Part shown: piece by piece, positions 49,811 to 58,576 of the stretch
Numbering within the stretch: the first letter of the stretch is position 1
Layout of the letters: every line of letters starts with the position of its first letter
NCBI GenBank assembly: GCA_965223265.1
Contig: OZ244999.1
Span: 4,288,001-4,352,000, forward strand
DNA: 64,000 bases
Origin: Planctomycetota bacterium
GTDB lineage: Bacteria > Planctomycetota > UBA8108 > SXIK01
Direction: 5' to 3'
Made by a program: the position numbers and the translations under genes
Notes under the pieces: generated by a model
Databases searched by the model: none
The model's input: only the letters and a program-made list of their open reading frames with translations
Told to the model about the DNA's origin: nothing

Positions 49811-51302
49811 GATCCCTAATCGATGCCTCGTCGAGCCGACGGAGTCGATTCGCCAACCCGAGTATTCCGACCGCAGCCATTACTGCGGCCACGACGAACA
49901 CGGCCGTTGGACTACCGCGGAAGAGAACGCTAGCGCATAGGAGCGTCGGAACCAAGAAGAGGTGCTTCAGTGACGTCTCGGAGATCCCCGGTAGGCCACG
50001 GTAACCGGCGCGGAGAAGGAATGTGGCTGCAATCCCGGCCAGCGCGGCGAGGCCTGCCCATGTCCCACTCGTGCACGCAAGTGTAACGGTGCCGACCATC
50101 ATCGTGGGCAGCATCGCGCAGAAGAATAGCGACTTGAGATTGAAGAGAATCTGGTCGCGAAAGTCGACACCTAGGAGGTAGAGGTGTTCAGCGTCATCGG
50201 AGTCCGGGCCACCGGTCACGAAGACACGGGCAGCGAAGAATCCGGCAGCCAGCGGCATGAGAAGCGGTGGCAGGTCCCAGTTTGTAGCGACCACGGCGAT
50301 GGCGGCTAAGAGCGGGCCGCGCAGGAGTAACGCTACGGAGAGAACCAATACCGAAATCCAGTCAATGGAGCCGCGCAATCCCGGGAAGCGCAACGAGTCT
50401 CTCAGGGACCACCACCAGAGGAGGAGCCGTCCTCCGAACAACCCGTGCGGGGCTGAGGGTGAAGGAAGTGTGAACGTTGACAAGACTTCATTGGTCGATG
50501 CCGGAGTGTTTTCCGACTCTTCGCGAGGACTTCTGCGAAACGATTCACAAGTCTCAGCGAGTTCGATAGCCACACGAATCATCACGCCCGTTATCAGGAG
50601 CACGATGACAAGAAAGAACCCTCCGAGACGAACAACGATTTCGTAGAACTCGAGATCGAGTAGACCCGGCAGCGCTGCACAGAATCCCAGAAGCGTAAGC
50701 CCCCAGAGGAATCCTACGACTCTGGATGCCACTACCAGACGCCGAACGGACGGGCGCAACGGCTCCGCACGAGCGTACAACTCGTCGTAGAATGTGTCGG
50801 TGAGCACGAGGACAGGGGTCACCGCGACGGCCACGATGAACAGGAAACTGTCGACGACGCCGAGCGTCGTGAAGTAGGCAATTTTGATCGCGGCAACGAT
50901 CGACCACGATATACCCATCCCGAGAGCCCAGCGGAGCTTTCCCAACCAGCGAATCGCGATGAAGCCGCGTCTGGTCGGCATCCGAAGCAATTCGAAATCA
51001 CTCGCGAGTCCTCCGAAGCGAAGCGTGCCCGGCTTAATAATCAGCACGAAGAATGCCGTCAAGAGCCAACCCCATGCCCAACTCCCCGTGACCGCCAAAT
51101 ATGCAAAGAGCGGAGGTAGTCCCATGAGGCTCAGCACGGAGACCGTCGCGACGAGTCCGATGACCTCCCCCAGAGTGTATTCGGATATCTTCTGAAGGAC
51201 CGATCGCTCTTCGGCTTGCTCGCTCCGATAGGTCTTCCAGACCTCACGCTCGTGTCGTAGGAGAGTACGGGTTTCTCTGACCTCCGAGAGGATGCTGCTC
51301 AC
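49788..51302 (-). CDS. Polytopic membrane protein, probable ABC permease
   Basis: Roughly 12 hydrophobic segments; ATGA overlap with the ABC ATPase. Confidence 0.75.
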   Translation of the reverse strand: MSSILSEVRETRTLLRHEREVWKTYRSEQAEERSVLQKISEYTLGEVIGLVATVSVLSLMGLPPLFAYLAVTGSWAWGWLLTAFFVLIIKPGTLRFGGLASDFELLRMPTRRGFIAIRWLGKLRWALGMGISWSIVAAIKIAYFTTLGVVDSFLFIVAVAVTPVLVLTDTFYDELYARAEPLRPSVRRLVVASRVVGFLWGLTLLGFCAALPGLLDLEFYEIVVRLGGFFLVIVLLITGVMIRVAIELAETCESFRRSPREESENTPASTNEVLSTFTLPSPSAPHGLFGGRLLLWWWSLRDSLRFPGLRGSIDWISVLVLSVALLLRGPLLAAIAVVATNWDLPPLLMPLAAGFFAARVFVTGGPDSDDAEHLYLLGVDFRDQILFNLKSLFFCAMLPTMMVGTVTLACTSGTWAGLAALAGIAATFLLRAGYRGLPGISETSLKHLFLVPTLLCASVLFRGSPTAVFVVAAVMAAVGILGLANRLRRLDEASIRDLMTDEDL

Positions 51303-52213
51303 GAAACGGCCCCCTCCCCGGCCGAGGCGGCCTGATCCACGCAGGCGCAGAAGATGTCTTCTAGATTCAGCCTCTCGACTCCGCAGTCGCCGAATCTCGC
51401 GTTGAGCTGGTCTCCCAGCGAGTCGCTATACGAACCGGTGACGACAACGAGTTCCCGGCTGCGGAACTCCCGACTCGTCTCTCCCGGGATGACGATAGAC
51501 TCCGGAGTCACACCGTCGGCGAGAGGGATAACGAGGCGTCGTGTCCGTTCCTTGATCGCGTCGAGCTCGCCTGTGACCCGCACGATCCCACAGTCGATGA
51601 TCCCAACGGAGTCCGCGATGCGTTCGACGTCGCTAAGAACATGAGAGGTGAAGACCACGGTCTTTCCCTCCTCCCGTGCCGCCTCAAGCGCGGCCCAAAG
51701 AAATTCGCGACGTACGGTCACGTCGAGGCCTACCACGGGATCGTCGAGAATCAGGAGGTCCGGTGACTGGCAGAGGACAAGGGCGAGTTCCGCGCGTCGC
51801 CGTTCGCCGGGACTCATGTCGTCGAGCGGGAGGCCAGCCGGAATCCGGAAACGTTCGGCGAGCTCGCGGGCACGCTCGTGGTCCCACTTCGGAAAAAAAG
51901 CGCTCAGGTAGCGAACGAGGTACGGGAAGGGGAGTTCGGAGTGCGGCACGCCATCCTCGGAGAGGTACCCAATTCGCTGCCGTGTTCCGCGCGAGAGGAA
52001 CCGGGAGTCCTCGCCGAACACAGTCGCGCATCCGCCGTCGGACCGGAGTAGCCCCAGGACAATACGAATGACCGTGGTCTTGCCCGCGCCGTTCAGGCCG
52101 AGCAGACCGAAGATCGAACCAGGAGGCACCTCGAAATTCACATCGTCGAGAACCTTCTTCTTGCCGAAAGACTTCGACAGGCCCTTGACGTAGAGCACCG
52201 CCGTCGTGTTCAT
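51299..52213 (-). CDS. ABC transporter ATP-binding protein (YtrB-like)
   Basis: GLNGAGKT, MSPGE, LLILDDPVVGLD and TSH motifs. Confidence 0.93.
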   Translation of the reverse strand: MNTTAVLYVKGLSKSFGKKKVLDDVNFEVPPGSIFGLLGLNGAGKTTVIRIVLGLLRSDGGCATVFGEDSRFLSRGTRQRIGYLSEDGVPHSELPFPYLVRYLSAFFPKWDHERARELAERFRIPAGLPLDDMSPGERRRAELALVLCQSPDLLILDDPVVGLDVTVRREFLWAALEAAREEGKTVVFTSHVLSDVERIADSVGIIDCGIVRVTGELDAIKERTRRLVIPLADGVTPESIVIPGETSREFRSRELVVVTGSYSDSLGDQLNARFGDCGVERLNLEDIFCACVDQAASAGEGAVS

Positions 52214-52217
52214 TCCA

Positions 52218-52616
52218 TCAACGCTTCACCGAGCGCCTCCTAAAGATTCGAGAGACCTCTGAATTCACGAGCTCCTTTAGCCGTGCCCGCGAAACGTCTA
52301 TACCCGCCGTGTCCTCTGCGAGTCGTTCGACGTGAGATCGTACGAGCCGGCGGAGATCGGCAAGCTGCATAGTCCCCGCGTTGTCGGCGACGAAGGTCCC
52401 CTTGCCACGCTCGAGCCGGAGGACGCCGTCGCGCTCGAGGTCGCCGTACGCCTTTCGCACCGTATGGAAGTTCACCTTCAGGCGCGCGGCGAGTTCACGG
52501 GCGGAGGGCAGCCGGTCGCCAGGTGCGACGCGACCCGAGGCGATGGCAAGGCGGAGTTGACGGGAGATCTGGACGCCAATTGGAACGCCACTGTGAGCTT
52601 CCACGCGGATATGCAC
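52218..52616 (-). CDS. GntR family regulator, YtrA subfamily
   Basis: GDRLPSARELA...VNFHTVRKAY...GKGTFV, short C-domain, precedes ABC genes. Confidence 0.93.
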   Translation of the reverse strand: MHIRVEAHSGVPIGVQISRQLRLAIASGRVAPGDRLPSARELAARLKVNFHTVRKAYGDLERDGVLRLERGKGTFVADNAGTMQLADLRRLVRSHVERLAEDTAGIDVSRARLKELVNSEVSRIFRRRSVKR

Positions 52617-52634
52617 GAGGCTTACACTCCTGGG

Positions 52635-52662
52635 TTATTGATCTATACTATTAGATCAATAA
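52635..52662. promoter_or_regulatory. Putative YtrA-type operator
   Basis: Perfect 11-bp AT-rich inverted repeat TTATTGATCTA-N6-TAGATCAATAA about 20 bp upstream of the GntR start. Confidence 0.75.
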
Positions 52663-52831
52663 TGACTGAGCGCACCTTTTCTTGGCCGGTTTTTTGGACA
52701 AGCGTTTTCTGGGTCAGAGCTGGCGACGCGCCCGACCTAGAGGTTGTGAGCCTTGTTTGTTGTTCCGGGATCCGTCATTTCGATGCCTCGAGACGACGAC
52801 CGGTGACGGCCGCGTCAGTTCTGGGTCGAAT

Positions 52832-53743
52832 TCATCGCGCCTCCTGAGCTCCCTGACGCGATTTCGCGGCCGCCCGCAGCCGCGCGACTTTGCGGCGCAC
52901 GCGAGCGGCATCCTCGGGTCGCTCAAGCAGGGCGTAAGAACTCGCCAGCCGCTCGTGCGCCTTGAGGTGCAGCGGCTCTAGGACGATGACGCGCTCGAGC
53001 TCCTCTACAGCCAAGTCGTGTGCTCCCTCTCGGCGGTAGAGCGCGGCCAAGTTAAAACGCGCCGCAGCGTAGTCAGGCTTGATCTCGATGGCGCGGCTGA
53101 GGTGCTCGTAAGCACCTTCGGTTTGCCCCCGCCGCGCCAGCGCCACTCCCATCTGCGCCAAGGCGCGAAAGTGTTCCGGCGCACGCTCGAGAGCCGCTGC
53201 ATACATCTCGAACGCACGGTCGTGACGCCCCATTCTCGTCTCCAGCAGACCGAGGCCGTGATAGACGTCGGCGGAGTCAGGATCAATCTCGAGCGCTCGA
53301 TCGTACGCCGCGCGCGCGTCGTCGAATCTCCCGAGCTCGCGCAGCACGCTCCCTCGCAGGCGATGCACGACGGCATCGTCCGGCGCTAATTCCAACGCCC
53401 GCTGTAGAGTTTTCTCAGCGGTTTTGAAATCCCGCTGTCGAGCCAACACCGCCGCCAGCTTACGGTGGGCCATCACGTGATCGGAGTCAATGCGAATGGC
53501 GCCTTCGAGATAGTCGCGCGCCTCATCAAGCTTCTCCTCGTGAAGCAACACGAACCCAAGTCCATAGTGGGTGCGAGCATCGCCGGGCGCCAAGTCAAAC
53601 GCTGTCTGAAACGCGATCCGCGCCTCGGCTAGCCGCCCGACGTCAATCCAGCGCTCACCGCGGGCAAGAGCTTCCGCGACCGGGTCTACAGCGTCCTCCT
53701 CACCGTGCACGGAGACTGCCGCCGCAAGCAGCAACGCACCCAT
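52832..53743 (-). CDS. Secreted TPR protein
   Basis: MGALLLAAAVSVHG signal and about 7-8 canonical TPRs. Start uncertain; the longer ORF start is a shadow of the upstream gene. Confidence 0.88.
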   Translation of the reverse strand: MGALLLAAAVSVHGEEDAVDPVAEALARGERWIDVGRLAEARIAFQTAFDLAPGDARTHYGLGFVLLHEEKLDEARDYLEGAIRIDSDHVMAHRKLAAVLARQRDFKTAEKTLQRALELAPDDAVVHRLRGSVLRELGRFDDARAAYDRALEIDPDSADVYHGLGLLETRMGRHDRAFEMYAAALERAPEHFRALAQMGVALARRGQTEGAYEHLSRAIEIKPDYAAARFNLAALYRREGAHDLAVEELERVIVLEPLHLKAHERLASSYALLERPEDAARVRRKVARLRAAAKSRQGAQEAR

Positions 53744-53789
53744 GGTCGCACCAAGATGAACTCTCGAACCGTCGGATACCCAAGCGCGT

Positions 53790-54167
53790 TCAGAAAAGGA
53801 AGTCGTCGAAATCATCGAAGTCGTCCTCCAGTGGAAAGTCGTCGCCACCGCCGGGGTCGTGAGCGGCTGCACCGTCTGACCAGTCATCAACATCTGCAAA
53901 GAAGTCGAAGTCGTCGAAATCATCAAAGTCGTCAATGAAATCGTCGCTCGCGTCGTCGGAGGAGCTTGAAGCGTCGGCGTCGAAAAAGTCATCGAAACTC
54001 GAGTCGTCGGGAACGAACACCTCATCCGAACTCGTCCCCTCGGAATCCGAATCCGACGTCCGGCCGGCACCGCCGCCGCAACCCACCGCGCCGAACACCA
54101 ACACGCCCATCAAAGCCGGCGCGCACGAGATTGAATACGTCCGAAACGAACAAAGTGCACGCAGCAT
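53790..54167 (-). CDS. Small Asp/Phe-repeat acidic lipoprotein
   Basis: GGAGG RBS, lipobox FGAVG-C, mature part with DDFIDDFDDFDDFDFF and EDDFDDFDDFLF. Confidence 0.75.
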   Translation of the reverse strand: MLRALCSFRTYSISCAPALMGVLVFGAVGCGGGAGRTSDSDSEGTSSDEVFVPDDSSFDDFFDADASSSSDDASDDFIDDFDDFDDFDFFADVDDWSDGAAAHDPGGGDDFPLEDDFDDFDDFLF

Positions 54168-54250
54168 ATCCACGCCTCCCCACGGGTTGCATGAGTTCTC
54201 TGGTCTCAGCGTCGGACGAGTGAAGAGACCTGCATATTCAACGCTGCGAC

Positions 54251-54283
54251 AAAAAAAACGAAGGACGCGTGTGCGCCCTTCGT
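54251..54283 (-). terminator. Intrinsic terminator of 54326-56200
   Basis: ACGAAGGGCGC-ACAC-GCGTCCTTCGT followed by a T run on the minus strand. Confidence 0.8.
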
Positions 54284-54325
54284 CCCTTCAGCCCCCAACC
54301 GTCCTTTTGAGCCTTTCATGCAGTT

Positions 54326-56200
54326 TCAGTTCAGGATACAGATGTTCACCCCGCACTGCGGCAGGTCGTCTTCACTCGGATCGACGCCGCACTCGCTCGC
54401 TCCTGGCGCGGGAGGGTCGTCGCCACCGACAAAGAGATAGTTGAGCACGAAGATCGGGTCGCTGAGGTCCACATCGCCGTCGTCGTTGCCGTCGGCGGCG
54501 TCGGCGCAGCTGATCTCCTCACCGGCGACAAAGAGGCCGTTCAGAATCGAAATAGCGTCGCTGAGGTCGACGGCGCCGCTGCCGTTGGCGTCACCACGCA
54601 GGAAGCGTTCCGCAAGCAAGTCGAATGGCAAGAGCGTCACGCTCGCCGCCGCCACCGGCACCTCCAGTGGATCGACTCGTGCGTCGTTCACCCTAAGTTC
54701 GACGAAGATTTCCTGCGGCTCGTCTCCTTTCAAGAGTGGTGCTTCGAGCTCGATCTCGCCAGGCTGTGGCCCCTCGAACAAGACGTTCACAGCACCGCTG
54801 ATGCGCCAGTAAAAGAGAATGGGATCGCCGTCAGCGTCGTGCGAGTCGAGTCCGCTCAACACGAGTGTTCGCCCGCCCTCGACGGTTTCCGGAGCCACCA
54901 AGATGGGCACCGGTGGTTGGTTCTGGAGTGGGTCGAAGTCGATGACCGCAGTGCCGTTGAACCTCAGACCAGCCTCGTCGGACTCGCGCCACAGGGCGAG
55001 ACTGGCGCCGTCGCTGCCAATCGACAAACCGAGTTGATCGCCCGCAGGAGCGAACGCCTGCCTCCCAACGATGCGAGAGCCCACGACATGCGCGAGCTCC
55101 GAAGTGCTTCGATCAAAACTCATCAAAAAAGCATCATCGTAGAGTGACGTGTGGACGTCCGGACGTTCGCCGTCGGTTAGTGGAAACGGCACGATCGTGG
55201 TCGGCAAGAACGCAGCGTGATCGTTGGACCAAGAAAACTTCATCCCGTACACCGAGCGCTCGCTGTCAAGATCGCTATCGAAAGCGACCATAGCCTGCTT
55301 CGAGACTGGATTGAATGCGATCGAAACGGACGCGCTCGGATCGACGAACGCGACGTGCCGGCCCGCCGAAGAACCATCGATGACTTCCGTTATCACGACC
55401 TCCGAAAAGCCTTCGAAATCCCGCCGAAAAGTGATGAGCGGGAGCGGTCCTACCTCTGTCGTGGCGACGAGCTCCGCAAATCGTGGCTGATGGCCATCGG
55501 CGTCGCGGCTCCCTTCGTCGTCCATCAAGTCGACGACAGGACCCAGGGTCGCGGTGCCAGTCGGCTGTTCATCGGCAAAGACGAACGCCTGGACATGGAT
55601 GTGACGGCGACCGGCGACGTCCTCTTCCCACGCCAACGCGAAGAGAGACTCTTCCGGGTCGATGCCGGCCAAGATGTCGGGGTTCGCGACGCCGTCCCCG
55701 CCGGAGATGAGCCGTGGTCCAGTGCCGACCAGTTCAGCCTGAGGCGTCACCCTCCGAACACGCAGCTGTGCCTTTGACGTCAGAGGATGAATTCCTCCGG
55801 ACCAGACAACGATCCACTCACCGCTCGCCGTATCAAATGCGACGCGGGGGTGACTCATGTTCTCGCCGGGCGGCGAGATGGCAAACGGGCCACTCTGCGG
55901 ATCATTCGCGATCGAGACGATGTTCCCCATAACGACCTCGACGGTTCCGGAGAACACTTCACGCTCCTCTTTCCAGACGATCAGCCAGGAGCCACGAGCG
56001 CTGTTGTACGACGCGTCGGCGCTCGAGTCGCTCGGACCCTGGGAAATCGGAAAGACGTCGAGGTTCGAGGCGAGCCCAGCGGTCGCCGGCGTCCAACCTC
56101 CACCCGAGGCGAAGACCAGAGCCACAACGGCGACCGCCATAGCGCGGCGCGCGCGACACGAAGGAGTAGCAGAGAAGCCGGTCATTTGAAGACGTTTCAT
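54326..56200 (-). CDS. Secreted beta-rich repeat + PKD/Ig-like + dockerin protein (paralogue 3)
   Basis: Signal peptide; AYNS...WLIVW and PRVAFD...WIVVW repeats; NQPP...LSGLDSHDADGD...YW Ig-like domain; FLRGDANGSGAVDLSD...DAADGNDDGDVDLSD dockerin. Confidence 0.88.
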   Translation of the reverse strand: MKRLQMTGFSATPSCRARRAMAVAVVALVFASGGGWTPATAGLASNLDVFPISQGPSDSSADASYNSARGSWLIVWKEEREVFSGTVEVVMGNIVSIANDPQSGPFAISPPGENMSHPRVAFDTASGEWIVVWSGGIHPLTSKAQLRVRRVTPQAELVGTGPRLISGGDGVANPDILAGIDPEESLFALAWEEDVAGRRHIHVQAFVFADEQPTGTATLGPVVDLMDDEGSRDADGHQPRFAELVATTEVGPLPLITFRRDFEGFSEVVITEVIDGSSAGRHVAFVDPSASVSIAFNPVSKQAMVAFDSDLDSERSVYGMKFSWSNDHAAFLPTTIVPFPLTDGERPDVHTSLYDDAFLMSFDRSTSELAHVVGSRIVGRQAFAPAGDQLGLSIGSDGASLALWRESDEAGLRFNGTAVIDFDPLQNQPPVPILVAPETVEGGRTLVLSGLDSHDADGDPILFYWRISGAVNVLFEGPQPGEIELEAPLLKGDEPQEIFVELRVNDARVDPLEVPVAAASVTLLPFDLLAERFLRGDANGSGAVDLSDAISILNGLFVAGEEISCADAADGNDDGDVDLSDPIFVLNYLFVGGDDPPAPGASECGVDPSEDDLPQCGVNICILN

Positions 56201-56264
56201 GGGACGCTCCTGAGCGTAAACACGAGTGAGGTGCGCGGCGAACCGTACTGCCGCTGACAGAGCT

Positions 56265-56293
56265 TCAACGCGTAGGAGCGGTCGTTTCAGACA
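56265..56293 (-). promoter_or_regulatory. Putative ECF promoter TGTCTG-N17-CGTTGA
   Basis: 65 bp upstream of 56200; identical hexamers and spacing upstream of all three paralogues. Confidence 0.7.
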
Positions 56294-56424
56294 CGATTCT
56301 CAGCAGGGCTCGAGCGTCTCTTCGCTCCAGATCGGCGGCGGCAGCCGCTGGTCATCGGCGAGATTCTTGAGCATTCCACCGACACCGAGTGTCCGCAGCG
56401 AACAGGCTTCGCTCGAACAAATGA

Positions 56425-56452
56425 AGCGAAGGACGCGGCTGCGCCCTTCGCT
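56425..56452 (-). terminator. Terminator-like hairpin of 56477-58354
   Basis: AGCGAAGGGCGC-AGCC-GCGTCCTTCGCT with a weak T tract. Confidence 0.6.
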
Positions 56453-56476
56453 GTTCGGTTCCTCCTTCGTTGCTCC

Positions 56477-58354
56477 TCAATTGACGCCGCAGAACGTCAC
56501 GTCACACTCGGGAAGGGAGTCCTGGGTTGGATCTACGTCGCAGGTCTCGGCTCCTGGCGCCGGCGGCTCTTCACCGGCGACGAACAGGTAGTTGAGAAGG
56601 AAGATCGGATCGCTGAGGTCGACGTCACCGTCATCGTTAGCGTCCGCCGCGTCGGCACAAGTGATACGCTCTCCGGCGACGAACAGACCGTTCAGAATCG
56701 AGATGGTGTCGCTGACGTCGACGTCGCCGCTGGCGTTGGCATCGCCGCGGGCGAAGCGCGCGCTGCCGAGTCCAGGGGGTACGACCTTGATGAGCGCACT
56801 GGCGGTCGGCGCGTCGCTCGGATCGACCCGCGCGTCGGTGACGGTGAGCTCCACGAAAATCTCCTCGATGTCATCTCCTTCGACCGTCGGTGCGCGGAGG
56901 ATGATCTCGCCAGGCTGTGGCTCGAGCGGCGACGACCGAATGTTGCCCTTGACCGACCAGTGAAAAAGAAGCGTGTCGAAATCAGGATCACGAGAATCTA
57001 GACCGCTGACGAGGAAGGCTTGGCCGCTCTCGACGACGGCAGGCGCGGCAATCCCAATGATCGGCGGGTGATTTTCGAGCGGCTCGAGGTTCTCGAGCGC
57101 TAGGGCTTCGAAGAGCTTGCCGCGTTCGTTTTCCTGTCGCCAAAGAACAAGGCTGTCACCGTGGCTGCCTGTCGCTAGGCGCATTTGGTCTCTGTCGATT
57201 AGGAACCGTTCCGCGCTGGCAACTCGGGCGCCGACGATGTGAGCGAGATTTAGTGTGGTGTTCTCAAACGTCATGAGAAACGTGTCGTCGTTCGGCGACG
57301 CATGGAGGTCCGGGAACGCTCCATCCGCGAGGCGAAACGGCGGCCCACCGATCGGCGCCAATTCGCTTTCGCTCTTCGACCAAACGTACTTCTGGCCGAG
57401 AACGGCGCGCTCGCCCTCTTGGTCGGTGTCAAAGGTGACCATGACTTGCTCTGAGATCGGGTTGAAGGCGATGGATGCTACGGCGTTGACATCCGCAGAC
57501 CCAACGTGAAGAAGCTTGGGAGTTTCCCCGGTGATGCCAGCGACAACGACGTCGGAGTGCGTGACGAAATCGCGGCGAAATGTGACCACATTTACGGGAC
57601 CGTCGTCCGTCATCAAAGTGGACTCGGCTAAACGTGGCCTCCGACCGTCCGCGTCGCGACTGTCCTCACCCGTCATGAGATCAATCGCCGGCCCCACAAC
57701 TGCGGTCCCGGTCGGCTGCTCGTCGTCGGCGACGAGAACTTGGACTTGGACGTGCTGACGCCCGGCGATCGTCTCTTCCCATGCCACCATGAACGCGGAG
57801 CTTCGTTCGCCGAAACCGGCAGTCACGTCAGGATGGGCGACGCCTTCGCCGTCCGAAATCCGGCGCGGCCCGGACCCGACCAGCGTCCCGGCCGCGGTGA
57901 CCAGCCGCGCGCGCACCTCCGGCTTCGTTGTCAGGGGATGGATCCCGCCGGCCCAGACAACGATCCACTCACCGCCGACGGGGTCGTAGGCCACCCGCGG
58001 GTCACTCATGTTCTCGGACGGCGGGGAAATCGGAAAGGGGCCGCTCGTCGTCTGGTCTGCGGCGACGATATTTCCCATGATCACCCCAACAACGTCGGTA
58101 GCGCCCACATCCTCTGCCTTCCAGACGACGAGCCAAGTGCCGTCGCTCGTGTTGTAGGCGGCGTCAGCAGCCGAGTCGCTCGGCCCCGCTGAAACGGCGA
58201 AGAGATCGCTGGTGGAAATCAACCCAGCCACCACGGACTGCGAGAGAACCGTGCCGACTGTAAGGATCAACGCAAAGACTACAACGGATAGCTGCACAGC
58301 CCTGCGACCTGCGCCGTGAAGCCGAACAGATGGGAGGAGTTGGAAGCGTTTCAT
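56477..58354 (-). CDS. Secreted beta-rich repeat + PKD/Ig-like + dockerin protein (paralogue 2)
   Basis: Colinear with 54326 and 58577; FARGDANASGDVDVSD dockerin. Confidence 0.88.
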   Translation of the reverse strand: MKRFQLLPSVRLHGAGRRAVQLSVVVFALILTVGTVLSQSVVAGLISTSDLFAVSAGPSDSAADAAYNTSDGTWLVVWKAEDVGATDVVGVIMGNIVAADQTTSGPFPISPPSENMSDPRVAYDPVGGEWIVVWAGGIHPLTTKPEVRARLVTAAGTLVGSGPRRISDGEGVAHPDVTAGFGERSSAFMVAWEETIAGRQHVQVQVLVADDEQPTGTAVVGPAIDLMTGEDSRDADGRRPRLAESTLMTDDGPVNVVTFRRDFVTHSDVVVAGITGETPKLLHVGSADVNAVASIAFNPISEQVMVTFDTDQEGERAVLGQKYVWSKSESELAPIGGPPFRLADGAFPDLHASPNDDTFLMTFENTTLNLAHIVGARVASAERFLIDRDQMRLATGSHGDSLVLWRQENERGKLFEALALENLEPLENHPPIIGIAAPAVVESGQAFLVSGLDSRDPDFDTLLFHWSVKGNIRSSPLEPQPGEIILRAPTVEGDDIEEIFVELTVTDARVDPSDAPTASALIKVVPPGLGSARFARGDANASGDVDVSDTISILNGLFVAGERITCADAADANDDGDVDLSDPIFLLNYLFVAGEEPPAPGAETCDVDPTQDSLPECDVTFCGVN

Positions 58355-58428
58355 GGGATTCTCCTATGTACCCATAGTGAAAGAGTGCTGTGTCCTGTCG
58401 AGCCGGCGTTTCGATCGCCGACCCGGTC

Positions 58429-58457
58429 TCAACGTTTTCGCGCCTTCGTTTCAGACA
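58429..58457 (-). promoter_or_regulatory. Putative ECF promoter TGTCTG-N17-CGTTGA
   Basis: 75 bp upstream of 58354. Confidence 0.7.
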
Positions 58458-58507
58458 GAATTCTGAAAAGAGAATGCGACAGGTGGTACACGACCGCACC
58501 AAACGAC

Positions 58508-58541
58508 AAAAGGCGAGGGATGCTAGCAGCATCCCTCGCCT
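58508..58541 (-). terminator. Intrinsic terminator of 58577-60451
   Basis: 14-bp perfect stem AGGCGAGGGATGCT/AGCATCCCTCGCCT followed by T-rich sequence. Confidence 0.75.
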
Positions 58542-58576
58542 CGAACGAAAAACTCTCCTCTCGGTGGACACTCGGT

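Noticed and set aside
53744-54070. Thr/Ser-rich N-terminal extension of the TPR gene
   Set aside because: It is an alternate-frame reading of the DDF lipoprotein gene, which has the RBS and lipobox.
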